Shown here: positions 43,409-53,457 of the stretch, in pieces
Layout: each line of letters starts with the position of its first letter
Numbering within the stretch: the stretch's first letter is position 1
NCBI GenBank assembly: GCA_902623975.1
Contig: CACNVR010000001.1
Location: 51,965 to 115,964, forward strand
From: an uncultured Pelagibacteraceae bacterium
Lineage (GTDB): Bacteria; Pseudomonadota; Alphaproteobacteria; Pelagibacterales; Pelagibacteraceae
Direction: 5' to 3'
DNA length: 64,000 bases
The notes under the pieces: model-generated
Databases searched by the model: none
What the model was told of the DNA's origin: nothing
What the model saw: only the letters and a program-made list of their open reading frames with translations
Made by a program: the position numbers and the translations under genes

Positions 43409-44687
43409 AATTTTTCAAAGTATCGATGGTTTATTTAAAGAGAGCTTAAAATACTTTAAAGTTAAAAATATAGAAAATATAAACTATAAAAGAATATCAA
43501 TTATTGGAAAAGGAAACTCAATATCCTCATTGCCTTTTAAAAAAGGTTCTACATTAATTGACTTAGAGATTGAAAAAAAAATTAAATTAAGAAAAAATAA
43601 AAGAATAATAGAAGTTTCTGGTAACATGGAAGCTTTTAAAGTTCATAATTTTTTACTCAAAAAAAAATTTTTTTTTCCAAGTTTTCCATCATATCCTATG
43701 GTTACTATTGGTGCATGTATAGCTAATTGTACACATGGAATAAGTCCTAAATTCGGTGTGATGAGAGATTATGTTAAAGAGATAGTTTTATATAATCCAA
43801 ATTTTGGCACCAAAGTGCTTTCAAAGAGAAAAAATTCCAAATTATTTAATTTGACAATAGGTGGTATGGGTTTAACAGGGGTAATTATTAAAGCTAAACT
43901 TCAAGTTTTTAAGTTAAAAAGTTCATACATAAGTATCAGTGATAATAAAAAATTTGATAATTTCAACGATGTTTATAATTTTTTAAAAAAGAATAATCAT
44001 ATATATAATCAAAATAATCTTTTTTTTAAATTTGGCAAAAATGAATTTATTATTTCTAGAATATCCTCAGGAAATTTTACGAAATCAAATTATAATTTTA
44101 AATCATTAGATGTTAGTAATATAAAAAGTTTTAGGCTTGGATTTTTAAGGATTTCTTTTTTTAGAAAATTACTTGAAAAACTTTTATTAATTAAAGAATA
44201 TACTACTAATCAAAAGCTAATTCATATTAATGAAGCTTTTTTTCCCTCAAACTCTAGACTTATTTATTTCAATCTCATGTCAAAAAAATTTATGGAGAAT
44301 CAAGTAATAATTCCACATAAAAATGTAAAACTTTTTTTTAAAAACTTTCAAAAACTTTATAATAAATATTCACCCATTATTACTCTTGGCCATCTTAAAA
44401 TTTTTGATGGTAAAGGAGAGTACTTACAATTTAATGGAAAAGGTCTTGGTTTAACACTTCACTTTATAATTGATAAAAATTTTTATGAATTTTACCAAAA
44501 ATTTTTAAAATTAAATATAAAATACAAGTGTAAACCAAATTTATATAAAAACTCAATCATACAAATAAATGATATTAAAAACTTTTACAGTAAAGATTTT
44601 AAGAAATTTTCTCATGAGATAAGAAAAATTAATAAAAAATTCTTTTTTGAAAACCGATTATTTTATCAAGATAATTTTTATAAATAA
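43398..44687 (+). CDS. FAD-binding oxidoreductase, DprE1-like (VAO family); track start 43371, ATG 43398 preferred
   Basis: GKGNS, VTIGACIANCTHG (cf. DprE1 VTVGGAIA.DIHG), TIGGMGLTGVI, LGHLKIF, NLYKNS (cf. LYxAKDS). Confidence 0.8.
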   Translation: MENKIFQSIDGLFKESLKYFKVKNIENINYKRISIIGKGNSISSLPFKKGSTLIDLEIEKKIKLRKNKRIIEVSGNMEAFKVHNFLLKKKFFFPSFPSYPMVTIGACIANCTHGISPKFGVMRDYVKEIVLYNPNFGTKVLSKRKNSKLFNLTIGGMGLTGVIIKAKLQVFKLKSSYISISDNKKFDNFNDVYNFLKKNNHIYNQNNLFFKFGKNEFIISRISSGNFTKSNYNFKSLDVSNIKSFRLGFLRISFFRKLLEKLLLIKEYTTNQKLIHINEAFFPSNSRLIYFNLMSKKFMENQVIIPHKNVKLFFKNFQKLYNKYSPIITLGHLKIFDGKGEYLQFNGKGLGLTLHFIIDKNFYEFYQKFLKLNIKYKCKPNLYKNSIIQINDIKNFYSKDFKKFSHEIRKINKKFFFENRLFYQDNFYK

Positions 44688-45928
44688 TAAAAAATAGAAA
44701 ATAGGTAAAAAGAAAAAAAATACGTATAAATTATACTTAGTTTTTTGATGTTAAATAAAAAAATTTTTTCTATCTGTTTTGAATTAATTAATCCAAAAAA
44801 GAACAGTAACAAAAGTGGATCAAAATATTTTTGATAAAGTGTAAAAATTGGAAAAGAAAGCAATAATATTATAAGCAGAATATAGTTCTTAATCCTATTA
44901 CCATCAAAAAAGAAATCTATGACTATTATTGAAAAAAATGAGAATAAAGTTAACAAAATAGAAGGGTCAATCGAAGATAATATTGCAATTTTCATAAATA
45001 TCCCCCCACCTAATTCAGAAAAATAAATTAGTCCAATCTTTAAAAAATAATCAATATAAAAAATAGATAAAAAAAGAAAAAATAAAAAAATAATTAATTT
45101 CGTATTTTGTTTTATATAGGTTATGAATTGATTTGAGCATAAGATTAAAAAAGGTATTAAATAAAATAGAATAATTGACAGTATTATCAAACTATTACTT
45201 ATTAAATTAAGATTCCCATGTTCGGTTATCCTATTCATAAAATCATAGTTTTTTATTATATAAAAAAAATAAATTAAGGCAGGTGTAGATAAAATTAAAG
45301 CAATTAATAACAAATAATAAAATTTTTTTATATCTAGATTTTTATAAAAAATATAGAAGTAATAAATTGCAAAAACAAAATAGTAATATCGAATATAACA
45401 ACAAAGGCCTAAGAAAAATAAACTTAAAAAATATTTTTTAAAATTTTCAATTGTTTCTGTTTTTTTATTGATGAAATAAATGGATAAACAAAAAAATATT
45501 AAACTTAAATTATCACCTAATAACCAGATAGCTGATGATCTAAAATAAGGTGAAAAAAAAATTATTAATGAAAAATAAAAGCAAAAATCAATGTTATATC
45601 TGTATCTTTCTTTTAAGACTAAATAGAAAATATAGGGTAATGAACAACTAATTATAATATATAAAATTTTTAAGTAGTTAATATTTAAAAAAAGATTCTT
45701 GGCTTTACCTACTAAAATATAAAATACTGGTGAATGAATTAAGGTACCTGAGTCTTTTGCAAAAAGATCTATCGCATTTAAAAAACTAAATCTAAAATTT
45801 TCAATAAATGGAAATAAATACTCATAATCAATTTTCGCACCTCCACTAGAATTTTCTCCAACAAGGAAACCCAGAAATAAAGAAAATGAAAAAACAAAAT
45901 ATATTAAATTTTTTTTATTAAATTTCAT
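44678..45928 (-). CDS. Multi-pass membrane protein, GT-C glycosyltransferase candidate
   Basis: Many TM segments; first loop GGAKID...HSPVFY; SPYFRSSAIW..D; C-terminal YQKYFDP. Confidence 0.55.
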   Translation of the reverse strand: MKFNKKNLIYFVFSFSLFLGFLVGENSSGGAKIDYEYLFPFIENFRFSFLNAIDLFAKDSGTLIHSPVFYILVGKAKNLFLNINYLKILYIIISCSLPYIFYLVLKERYRYNIDFCFYFSLIIFFSPYFRSSAIWLLGDNLSLIFFCLSIYFINKKTETIENFKKYFLSLFFLGLCCYIRYYYFVFAIYYFYIFYKNLDIKKFYYLLLIALILSTPALIYFFYIIKNYDFMNRITEHGNLNLISNSLIILSIILFYLIPFLILCSNQFITYIKQNTKLIIFLFFLFLSIFYIDYFLKIGLIYFSELGGGIFMKIAILSSIDPSILLTLFSFFSIIVIDFFFDGNRIKNYILLIILLLSFPIFTLYQKYFDPLLLLFFFGLINSKQIEKIFLFNIKKLSIIYTYFFSFYLFSIFYYL

Positions 45929-45954
45929 CCATTCCCAATAAGTCTCTAATAATA

Positions 45955-46620
45955 TTATCTTTTAAAAAATAAACCAAACATAGCTGTCAGTATCAAAAAA
46001 CCATCCTTAAAAGCATTTACCTTTTTTTTTCCACCAATTCTTTTTCTTTCCATACTTGGTGTGGAAACAAATTTATAATTTTTAGATTTTGCTAATATAG
46101 GAATTTCAACGCAGATTCTGAAATCATTATATTTTAAATCTAAATTTTTAGCAGAAGATGTTTTTCCTAATATATAAGTATAGAGAATATCAGATAAATT
46201 TAATCTAAAAAAAATATTTCCTAGTAAAGAAAATATTTTGTTACCTATAAAAGTAATAAAATCATCATCATCGCTGCCACCTCCTTCCAAATATCTAGAA
46301 GCAAAAACTAAATCTTGATTTTTGCAAAGATTTAGCATTTCTTCCAAATATTTAGGATGCATAGATCCATCGGCATTTATTATACAAAAAAATTCAGTGT
46401 CAATTTTTTTAATACCCTCAATTAATGCACTTCCATAACCTCTCTCCTCTTGAACACATATTTTAATGTCATGAAAATCAGAAATCGACTCGATTGTTTC
46501 TTTATCCTCACTTTGTAAAACAACAAGTTTTCTATATTTATACTTTTCTAATTCTTTTAAAAAAATTGGTAAAGACTCGGCTTCTTTATTAGCAGGAATA
46601 AGAAGGGTCAATTTAGTCAT
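45955..46620 (-). CDS. DPM1-like GT2 (polyprenol-phosphate monosaccharide synthase)
   Basis: LLIPANKEAESL, GYGSALIEG, INADGSMHP, LVFASRY..GG, LSD, RIGG..K. Confidence 0.85.
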   Translation of the reverse strand: MTKLTLLIPANKEAESLPIFLKELEKYKYRKLVVLQSEDKETIESISDFHDIKICVQEERGYGSALIEGIKKIDTEFFCIINADGSMHPKYLEEMLNLCKNQDLVFASRYLEGGGSDDDDFITFIGNKIFSLLGNIFFRLNLSDILYTYILGKTSSAKNLDLKYNDFRICVEIPILAKSKNYKFVSTPSMERKRIGGKKKVNAFKDGFLILTAMFGLFFKR

Positions 46621-46653
46621 TTTAAAAATATTCTATAATTAATTAATCCAAAA

Positions 46654-47886
46654 TTAACTAGCCGTTTCTAATCTATTTTTTTTAATTAAAAAAGAATAAT
46701 TAATCCAAAAAATTGCAGCTCCATAACTTGTAAAAAAGCTTCCAGAAGGTAAAACCGGGACTAAAGATGCTATCAAAAATAAAATTCCACTTTTGATAAG
46801 AAAATCTTTTTTATGAAAAATATTTTTTCTCAATATGTAAACAAAATTTGAAATAATCAAAATATATCCTACAATTCCAAGTTCGGACAAAAACTCAAGA
46901 TGTATTTGATGTGGATGAGTAGACTGTCCATAGAACTTATCAATTGAATTATATTTCTCTTTAAAACTTTCAATTCTAAAAGTTTTTATTCCTGAACCAA
47001 AAATTTTATTTTCGTCGAAAATTAATATTGCAGTGTAATAATGGGCAAAATGTTGATTACTCCTTATAATTTTATCTCTATCAAAGCTCTCACCTTTTTT
47101 TAACATCACATAATAATCCTCAAAAATGTGATTATAAAATTTACTGCTTAAAGCAGGAGATTTTAATATTATTACAAAAGATAAAAAAGATAAAAATATT
47201 AAAATCAAAATTTTTTTTAAAAAAGATATATTAAAAAAAAATAGAAAAAATAAACTATACATTATAAAAATTTTTAAAAAATTAGATCTTTCACCAATTA
47301 TTAATGCTATTACAAAAAATATAAGAGATAAGAAAATTTGTAATTTTCTATCTTTATTAGAAAGAAATGTTAGGGCTATAAGTATGAATCCAAAATAAAA
47401 ACCACCTATTTTAAGTTCATCACCAGTAAAACTTGCAATTCTACCCGGATAGTCAGATGTATAACCAAAAATATTTTTTCCAAAAATATACTCTATTAAA
47501 ATATCTATACTTACTATTAAAAAAATAAAAAACCAAAACTTAATAATTTTTTTTTTAAAAAAACTAAAATAAAAAAAAATTGCGTAAGAGAGAAAAATAA
47601 ATCTAATAAATCCCAAAGCTCTCACGATACTATCCTCGTTTTTAGCAATAAAGACTGAATTTAAAATCAAATAGATGTAGATAAAGATAAGAAAATAAAA
47701 ATTAAAATCATGAAAAAAAACTAAATTTTTTCTTTGATGAAGGTCAAATATGAATAGTAAACTAATAATCAATACAACTGCATTACTTATTGCTGATCCA
47801 ATAAGTAAAGATATTGGTAGTATTAAAATTAAAAAGTAATTAATTTTTGTAGTTAAATTAATTTTTTCGCTTAACGATTGATTCAT
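46654..47886 (-). CDS. O-antigen ligase family protein (WaaL/Wzy_C)
   Basis: Many TM segments, GERS, FGSG..TF, HPHQIHLEFLSELGIVG. Confidence 0.88.
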   Translation of the reverse strand: MNQSLSEKINLTTKINYFLILILPISLLIGSAISNAVVLIISLLFIFDLHQRKNLVFFHDFNFYFLIFIYIYLILNSVFIAKNEDSIVRALGFIRFIFLSYAIFFYFSFFKKKIIKFWFFIFLIVSIDILIEYIFGKNIFGYTSDYPGRIASFTGDELKIGGFYFGFILIALTFLSNKDRKLQIFLSLIFFVIALIIGERSNFLKIFIMYSLFFLFFFNISFLKKILILIFLSFLSFVIILKSPALSSKFYNHIFEDYYVMLKKGESFDRDKIIRSNQHFAHYYTAILIFDENKIFGSGIKTFRIESFKEKYNSIDKFYGQSTHPHQIHLEFLSELGIVGYILIISNFVYILRKNIFHKKDFLIKSGILFLIASLVPVLPSGSFFTSYGAAIFWINYSFLIKKNRLETAS

Positions 47887-47964
47887 GGTTAACTATGCTT
47901 TATTTATCACTTTGATAAAAAAGTACAAAGAAAGAATCAATAATTTAGATTTAAACAGAATTTA

Positions 47965-49071
47965 ATGCCAAAAATTAAAAAAAATTTAATATTTTTTATG
48001 CCATTTATAGATAGAGGGGGTGTTGAAAAAAACTTGTTTTTAATCACAAATTATTTTAGTAAAAAAATATCAAATGTAAAAGTATGTACTGCATCTTTGA
48101 ATAAAAGAAAATTTTTTAGTAAAAATATCAAATTTTTATCTCCCTCTATAAATACTTCAGAAAAAATTAATATAAGAATAAATTATTTTTTATGTTTGTA
48201 TACTTTATTCAAATTTTTATGGGTCAATAAAAATTCTGTTGTATTTGCTTTTCAGGCAAATATTTATTGCGTACTGGTATGTAAAATTTTAAATATAAAA
48301 GTGATCGTCAGAAGTAATTCATCCCCATCTGGATGGAATCACAATTTTCTTAAAAAGTTTCTTTACAAACTAATAATATCTAAAGCTGATAAAATAATAG
48401 TAAATAGTTTTGAGTTTAAAAATCAAATGCAAAGAGAATTAAATCTGAAAACAAAATGTATTTATAATCCATTAGATGTGTCAATTATTAAAAGTAAGTT
48501 AAATAAAGGGAAAAAAGAATTATTTTTTAAAAAAAAAAACTTGCTTAAATTAATTAATATAGGAAGATTTACTGATCAAAAGGACCAAATTACAATTCTT
48601 AAAGCAATTAATATTTTGAAAAAAAAATTAAAAATTAGGTTGATTATTATTGGTTATGGAGAAAAAAAAAATGAATTATTTGAATACGTCAAAAAAAATA
48701 ATCTTTCTAAATTTGTTAAAATTAAAGATAAAATTTCAAATCCGTATAAAATATTGCACCAATCTGATGTCTTTATTCTTTCATCTAGATTTGAAGGATT
48801 GCCTAACGTTCTTTTGGAGGCTGCCGCTCTAAAAAAATTTATAATTTCAACTAAATGCCCTACTGGTCCTAAGGAGATATTATTAAATGGAAAGGGCGGA
48901 CTTTTTTTTAAAATTAGTAATTACAAAGATTTGTCAAAAAAAATAATACTTTATCATAATAATAAAAAAAAATTCAAACAAAGAATTTTAGCTACGTTTA
49001 AAAATTTAAAAAAATACGATTTTCGTTATAATTTGAAAAGATATTATTCTGAGGTAATTCAATTTCTTTAG
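47965..49071 (+). CDS. Glycosyltransferase family 4 (GT-B)
   Basis: GGVEK, IGRFTDQKD, SSRFEGLPNVLLEA, CPTGPKEIL. Confidence 0.93.
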   Translation: MPKIKKNLIFFMPFIDRGGVEKNLFLITNYFSKKISNVKVCTASLNKRKFFSKNIKFLSPSINTSEKINIRINYFLCLYTLFKFLWVNKNSVVFAFQANIYCVLVCKILNIKVIVRSNSSPSGWNHNFLKKFLYKLIISKADKIIVNSFEFKNQMQRELNLKTKCIYNPLDVSIIKSKLNKGKKELFFKKKNLLKLINIGRFTDQKDQITILKAINILKKKLKIRLIIIGYGEKKNELFEYVKKNNLSKFVKIKDKISNPYKILHQSDVFILSSRFEGLPNVLLEAAALKKFIISTKCPTGPKEILLNGKGGLFFKISNYKDLSKKIILYHNNKKKFKQRILATFKNLKKYDFRYNLKRYYSEVIQFL

Positions 49072-50216
49072 TTAAAAAAAATATTTTTAATAATTTTATG
49101 ATGTCTAAACAAGGAGTATTTCAAACAGTTCTTTTTTGCTAAAATTTTTTTAGCTTTAAAATTGGATTTTTGAGAAATGTAATTTGTCAAAGCATCAAAT
49201 AACGCATTATCTTTGTTACTTTCAAAAAGTATCCCTGCTTTTCCATTCTGAAGGAACTCTTTAGGACCATTTTTACAATCACTTGAAATTACAAATGAGT
49301 TGTTAAATGCTGCTTCGATTAATACAAATCCAGGATCTTCCCATAAAGATGATAGGATAAATGCTTCAGATTTTTTCATGTATTCATATAAATTTTCATT
49401 ATATCCCATTAAAAAAACTCTATCTGAAAGGTTAAGTGTATTAATTAGATCATTTAAGTGGTTGTGCTCTTCTCCTTTTCCAAAAATTAGTAGATCAAAA
49501 TCCACATTCTTTTTAGAAAATTTTTTAAATTCTTTTATCAAATAGGAAAAGTTTTTTTGTTTTGTAAGTCTCCCAGCAGAAATAAAAAAATTTTTTTTAT
49601 GAAAATTAATCTTCTCAATTTTAGAATTTTTTTTTTTATTTATATATTCATTAATATTTATTATTGGATCTGGTAAAAAAATTAATTTTTCTTTTGAAAA
49701 AAGACTGTTGTCAGACAATTGATTTAATAGTTCATTAGAGGGAAAAGTTACTCTAAAAATTTTTTTAGAACATAGTTTCCAAATATTTTTTCTGACAAAT
49801 GTAAGCTTTGGATAGCCAGAAATTCTTAATATAAGTTTTGTTTTAAATTTAAAAAAAATAAATATTAAAAATGGGATTGATGTTAATAAGTGAGATACTA
49901 GAAAATCAGGTTTTTTTTTGATAAGCAATTTTATTAGGGGGAAAAAACTCAAAACAGCAATTACAAAGTAAGAAATTCTACTTTTAATAAAACCTGATTT
50001 AGGTAAATATTTGAATATATCAATTCCTAAATTAATTAATTCAACATTATTTTTTTTGAATAATTCCTTTTCTTTGTTCCATTCTCCGCAAACATTAATT
50101 ACATTTACATTTATATTTTTACTCGAATACTTGCCTAGTGACAAAGCTGAATTTATTGTTGATTTGTAAGTTCCCACTTTTTCTAAACAAGGAGACCAAT
50201 AAAAAACTTTCTTCAT
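49068..50216 (-). CDS. Glycosyltransferase family 4 (GT-B)
   Basis: AGRLTKQKN, SSLWEDPGFVLIEA, DCKNGPKE. Confidence 0.92.
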   Translation of the reverse strand: MKKVFYWSPCLEKVGTYKSTINSALSLGKYSSKNINVNVINVCGEWNKEKELFKKNNVELINLGIDIFKYLPKSGFIKSRISYFVIAVLSFFPLIKLLIKKKPDFLVSHLLTSIPFLIFIFFKFKTKLILRISGYPKLTFVRKNIWKLCSKKIFRVTFPSNELLNQLSDNSLFSKEKLIFLPDPIININEYINKKKNSKIEKINFHKKNFFISAGRLTKQKNFSYLIKEFKKFSKKNVDFDLLIFGKGEEHNHLNDLINTLNLSDRVFLMGYNENLYEYMKKSEAFILSSLWEDPGFVLIEAAFNNSFVISSDCKNGPKEFLQNGKAGILFESNKDNALFDALTNYISQKSNFKAKKILAKKNCLKYSLFRHHKIIKNIFFN

Positions 50217-50217
50217 T

Positions 50218-51840
50218 TTAATTATTCAGAGTTGTAATATAAATTTTTTTTCCTAAAAAATTAAACCATGGATACTCGGTTTTAAACTTTTTAAACTTTT
50301 TATTATATCTCAAATGAAAATTTTTATCTCCACCAATAAATTTGTAATTTGTATTAATTAATGGATTATAATCATATTTAACAAATTCATCGTTCAGCCT
50401 TATTCCATTTCTCAAAATAAAAATTAATAACGTCACTGTGACTATTAAAAAAGCTCTTTTTACAAAATCTTGGAAAATAAATTTAAATTTAGACAAATAA
50501 ATGCTCAAAGGTATAAATGCCATCAATGCAATTAAATGGTAACCTCCATATCTCAATGATGGATGGTTTAAAAACCATTCACAAAATAATAAAAAAATGA
50601 AAAAGTATACTAAAATAAACTTCACTTCATAAACTTCATTTTTCTGTTTTGTGTAAAAAGATAAAAATATGATAAAGATCATAACAAACAATCCTGCAAG
50701 ATAATCACTTACTTTATTGAAAAAATATATTTCTACCCAGTTAGTCAACCAATTAAAATTAGCAATATAATCTAATCTATTTTCAACTATATAATTTGGA
50801 TTGGCACCTCCTTTTGACCAAAGTTCAAACCAGATGTTTACCTGGTTAATTTCGTGATCTTTAAATGACCATGAAAAATTTTCAAAACATAAAAAAGTTG
50901 CAGGATAAACTAAACAACCAGAATTAATAAAAGTAAAAAAAATTGTAAATATCAATAATAAAATACAATAAAAAAATGTTTTAGAAAAAAACAATTTAAG
51001 AAAAAAATTTACTGTATTTCGATAGAATAAGAATAAAAATAATATAGGTAAATTAATTAAATAAAATGGTTTAATAGTTGATACAAAACAAATGACTATA
51101 ATTAAAAATTTCATTAAATCTAAATTTTCGTAATTCTGTTTACAATTGATTAAATAAATAAATAAAATCAAACATAGTATTGTCAAAATCATTCCAGATC
51201 GATCTGTCCCGTGCTCTGCTAATCTATAAAAAAAAATATTGATAAAAACAAAAGAAACTAAACTTAAAAAATTTATATAACTGCTCTCATTAAAATATTT
51301 TTTGTTAAAAATAAAATTAATTAAAACTAAATTTGAAAAGCCTAAAATTAATGCTGAAGAAATATGAAATAAATACACTCCAATTACTGGAAGATAAAAC
51401 ATCGAACTTAAAAAGAAAATTGATGATGGACTTCTAAAACCATTATTAAATTGACCAAAACCTATGGGATGAGAAAATTCTGTTAAAAAGACAGTATATG
51501 GAAAATGATAATAAGGAAAATCATCATGATTTTTTCCCACTGTAATAAAAATAGTTAGTATAAAAAAAACGATAAAAAATGAAATAATTTCACTTTTGAG
51601 ATTTTCTATTTTTTTTGAAAAAATGAAAACAAACGTTAATCCTACAATCCAAAAAAATAAATTAAAAAATACGCTATGAATAAAAAAAAGTGAAGTAAGA
51701 AATGAAAATATACAAGAAAAAGTAATTCCTAATATCCCATAAATACCAATAGAGGAACTTTTTATATTCAATAATTTACCAACTAAAAACCCATAACCAA
51801 CAAGAGAAAATGAGATAAAAAAAAAATATAAATACATCAT
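50218..51840 (-). CDS. Large multi-pass membrane protein, GT-C-like candidate
   Basis: Many TM segments; loop motif HDDFPYYHFPY; GTD, IKP, SGCLVYP, HPSLRYGG. Confidence 0.55.
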   Translation of the reverse strand: MMYLYFFFISFSLVGYGFLVGKLLNIKSSSIGIYGILGITFSCIFSFLTSLFFIHSVFFNLFFWIVGLTFVFIFSKKIENLKSEIISFFIVFFILTIFITVGKNHDDFPYYHFPYTVFLTEFSHPIGFGQFNNGFRSPSSIFFLSSMFYLPVIGVYLFHISSALILGFSNLVLINFIFNKKYFNESSYINFLSLVSFVFINIFFYRLAEHGTDRSGMILTILCLILFIYLINCKQNYENLDLMKFLIIVICFVSTIKPFYLINLPILFLFLFYRNTVNFFLKLFFSKTFFYCILLLIFTIFFTFINSGCLVYPATFLCFENFSWSFKDHEINQVNIWFELWSKGGANPNYIVENRLDYIANFNWLTNWVEIYFFNKVSDYLAGLFVMIFIIFLSFYTKQKNEVYEVKFILVYFFIFLLFCEWFLNHPSLRYGGYHLIALMAFIPLSIYLSKFKFIFQDFVKRAFLIVTVTLLIFILRNGIRLNDEFVKYDYNPLINTNYKFIGGDKNFHLRYNKKFKKFKTEYPWFNFLGKKIYITTLNN

Positions 51841-52614
51841 TTAAATCAAATATTTATGAGACCAAAAAATAAAACAAGTTAGATAATAATCTAAACTTGT
51901 TTTAAAGGGTTTTTTTCTTTTTTTTAAAATAAACTGTAAGTACTTAAAAGCTTCATATCTTCTAATCCACCATCTAATTGAAAATTTTTTTATTTCTGAT
52001 GTGATTCCATTAGGGTCAATCATATAAAAAGTAAGATTTTTTGGTATCAAATTAAATTGATTTAAATAAAATTTTGAAAATATTGTAAGTCTTGCATCAA
52101 TTTCTAAATTTTCATATTTATTTTTCTCAATTAAATTCAAAAATTTTCTAAAAAAACTTCTTTTAAAAGAAATACAACTTGTTGGTATGATAGTTGGCCA
52201 AATAGAGTAATTTTTATGAATTTTGTTATCAAATCTAAATTTTCCTTTAGCTATTTTTGGTAAGTTAAAAACACAATCAAAATTATTATTACTTAAAGTT
52301 TTGTGTATCAAGGACAATTTATTTTTTGAAAAAAAATCATCACCATCCAACAAACAAATAAAATTTCCTCTTGATTTTTTAAAACATTCTAAAATTCCAT
52401 TAATTTGATTCAAAGCGGAGGATTTATATTTTTTTTTTTTGTTTTTAATTAACTTAACATTATTAAATTTCTTTAATATGTTTAAAGAATTGTCAGTAGA
52501 TGCATCATCAAATAAGATTATTTCATAATTTTTAAAATTATTTAACTTTAGAGATTTAATAGTTTTGTCTAAAAATTGAGACTTGTTATAATTTGTAATT
52601 AAAATACTTATCAT
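51841..52614 (-). CDS. Glycosyltransferase family 2
   Basis: ISILITNYN, FDDASTDNS, ICLLDGDD. Confidence 0.9.
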   Translation of the reverse strand: MISILITNYNKSQFLDKTIKSLKLNNFKNYEIILFDDASTDNSLNILKKFNNVKLIKNKKKKYKSSALNQINGILECFKKSRGNFICLLDGDDFFSKNKLSLIHKTLSNNNFDCVFNLPKIAKGKFRFDNKIHKNYSIWPTIIPTSCISFKRSFFRKFLNLIEKNKYENLEIDARLTIFSKFYLNQFNLIPKNLTFYMIDPNGITSEIKKFSIRWWIRRYEAFKYLQFILKKRKKPFKTSLDYYLTCFIFWSHKYLI

Positions 52615-52623
52615 AATTAATAA

Positions 52624-53445
52624 TTAAAAAATTAATCTTTTTATTGAGTCATTAATTCTGAAATTAGTAATTTTTTTTAGTTTTGAAATATTACCAACTA
52701 AAGATGTTGCTGTATTGTTGTCGATAAACTTATAATTTTTTTTATTATATTCCCTAAGAATTGTTAGAGCTATATCTTTAAGGTGAATAGGATTGCCGCT
52801 AGCTATATTAATTATTCCTTTGTATCTCTTTTGAAGCAAAAAAAAGATTATTTTTGATATGTTAGTCATCGAAATGAAATCTCTATAATGATTTAAATTT
52901 TTTAATACTAATTTTTTTTTTGATTTTCTAATTCTTTTTTTTAAGTCAGGAATCAAGTAACCTTTTTTTTGATCTTTATTTGTTGTGCTGAATATCCTAC
53001 CAATGCAATAAGAAATATTTTTTTTGTTAAATTTTTTAGTGATATATTTTTCAGCTTGTAATTTTGTGCTTCCATAAAATGAGATGGGTTTAGTAGCGAA
53101 ATTTTCAGTAATTTTCTTTTTAGATGAGTTATAAACATGCGATGTTGAAGAAAAAAAAAACCAATTGATATTACTTTTTACGCAAGCATCTACAATATTT
53201 TTAGTACCATAAAAATTCACATTTTTTGCTTTTGTCCTATTCTTATTGACAGTTTTAATCGGTACTATTGCTGCTAAATGAATAATTGCATCAAAATCAT
53301 TTTTTTTAATCCAATTAAAGACTTTTTTTCTATTAGTTATGTCATCTTTGAAAGTGTTAATTTTTTTCAATCTAAAATTTTTTAGAACCACTTTTCCAAG
53401 ACTTCCTGTTGATCCTGTTAAACCAATACTAGTTATTCTTTTCAT
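52624..53445 (-). CDS. NAD-dependent epimerase/dehydratase/reductase (extended SDR)
   Basis: TGSTGSLG, IIHLAA, SSTSHVY, YGSTK, RDFI. Confidence 0.88.
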   Translation of the reverse strand: MKRITSIGLTGSTGSLGKVVLKNFRLKKINTFKDDITNRKKVFNWIKKNDFDAIIHLAAIVPIKTVNKNRTKAKNVNFYGTKNIVDACVKSNINWFFFSSTSHVYNSSKKKITENFATKPISFYGSTKLQAEKYITKKFNKKNISYCIGRIFSTTNKDQKKGYLIPDLKKRIRKSKKKLVLKNLNHYRDFISMTNISKIIFFLLQKRYKGIINIASGNPIHLKDIALTILREYNKKNYKFIDNNTATSLVGNISKLKKITNFRINDSIKRLIF

Positions 53446-53457
53446 TTCAAAAAAAAT

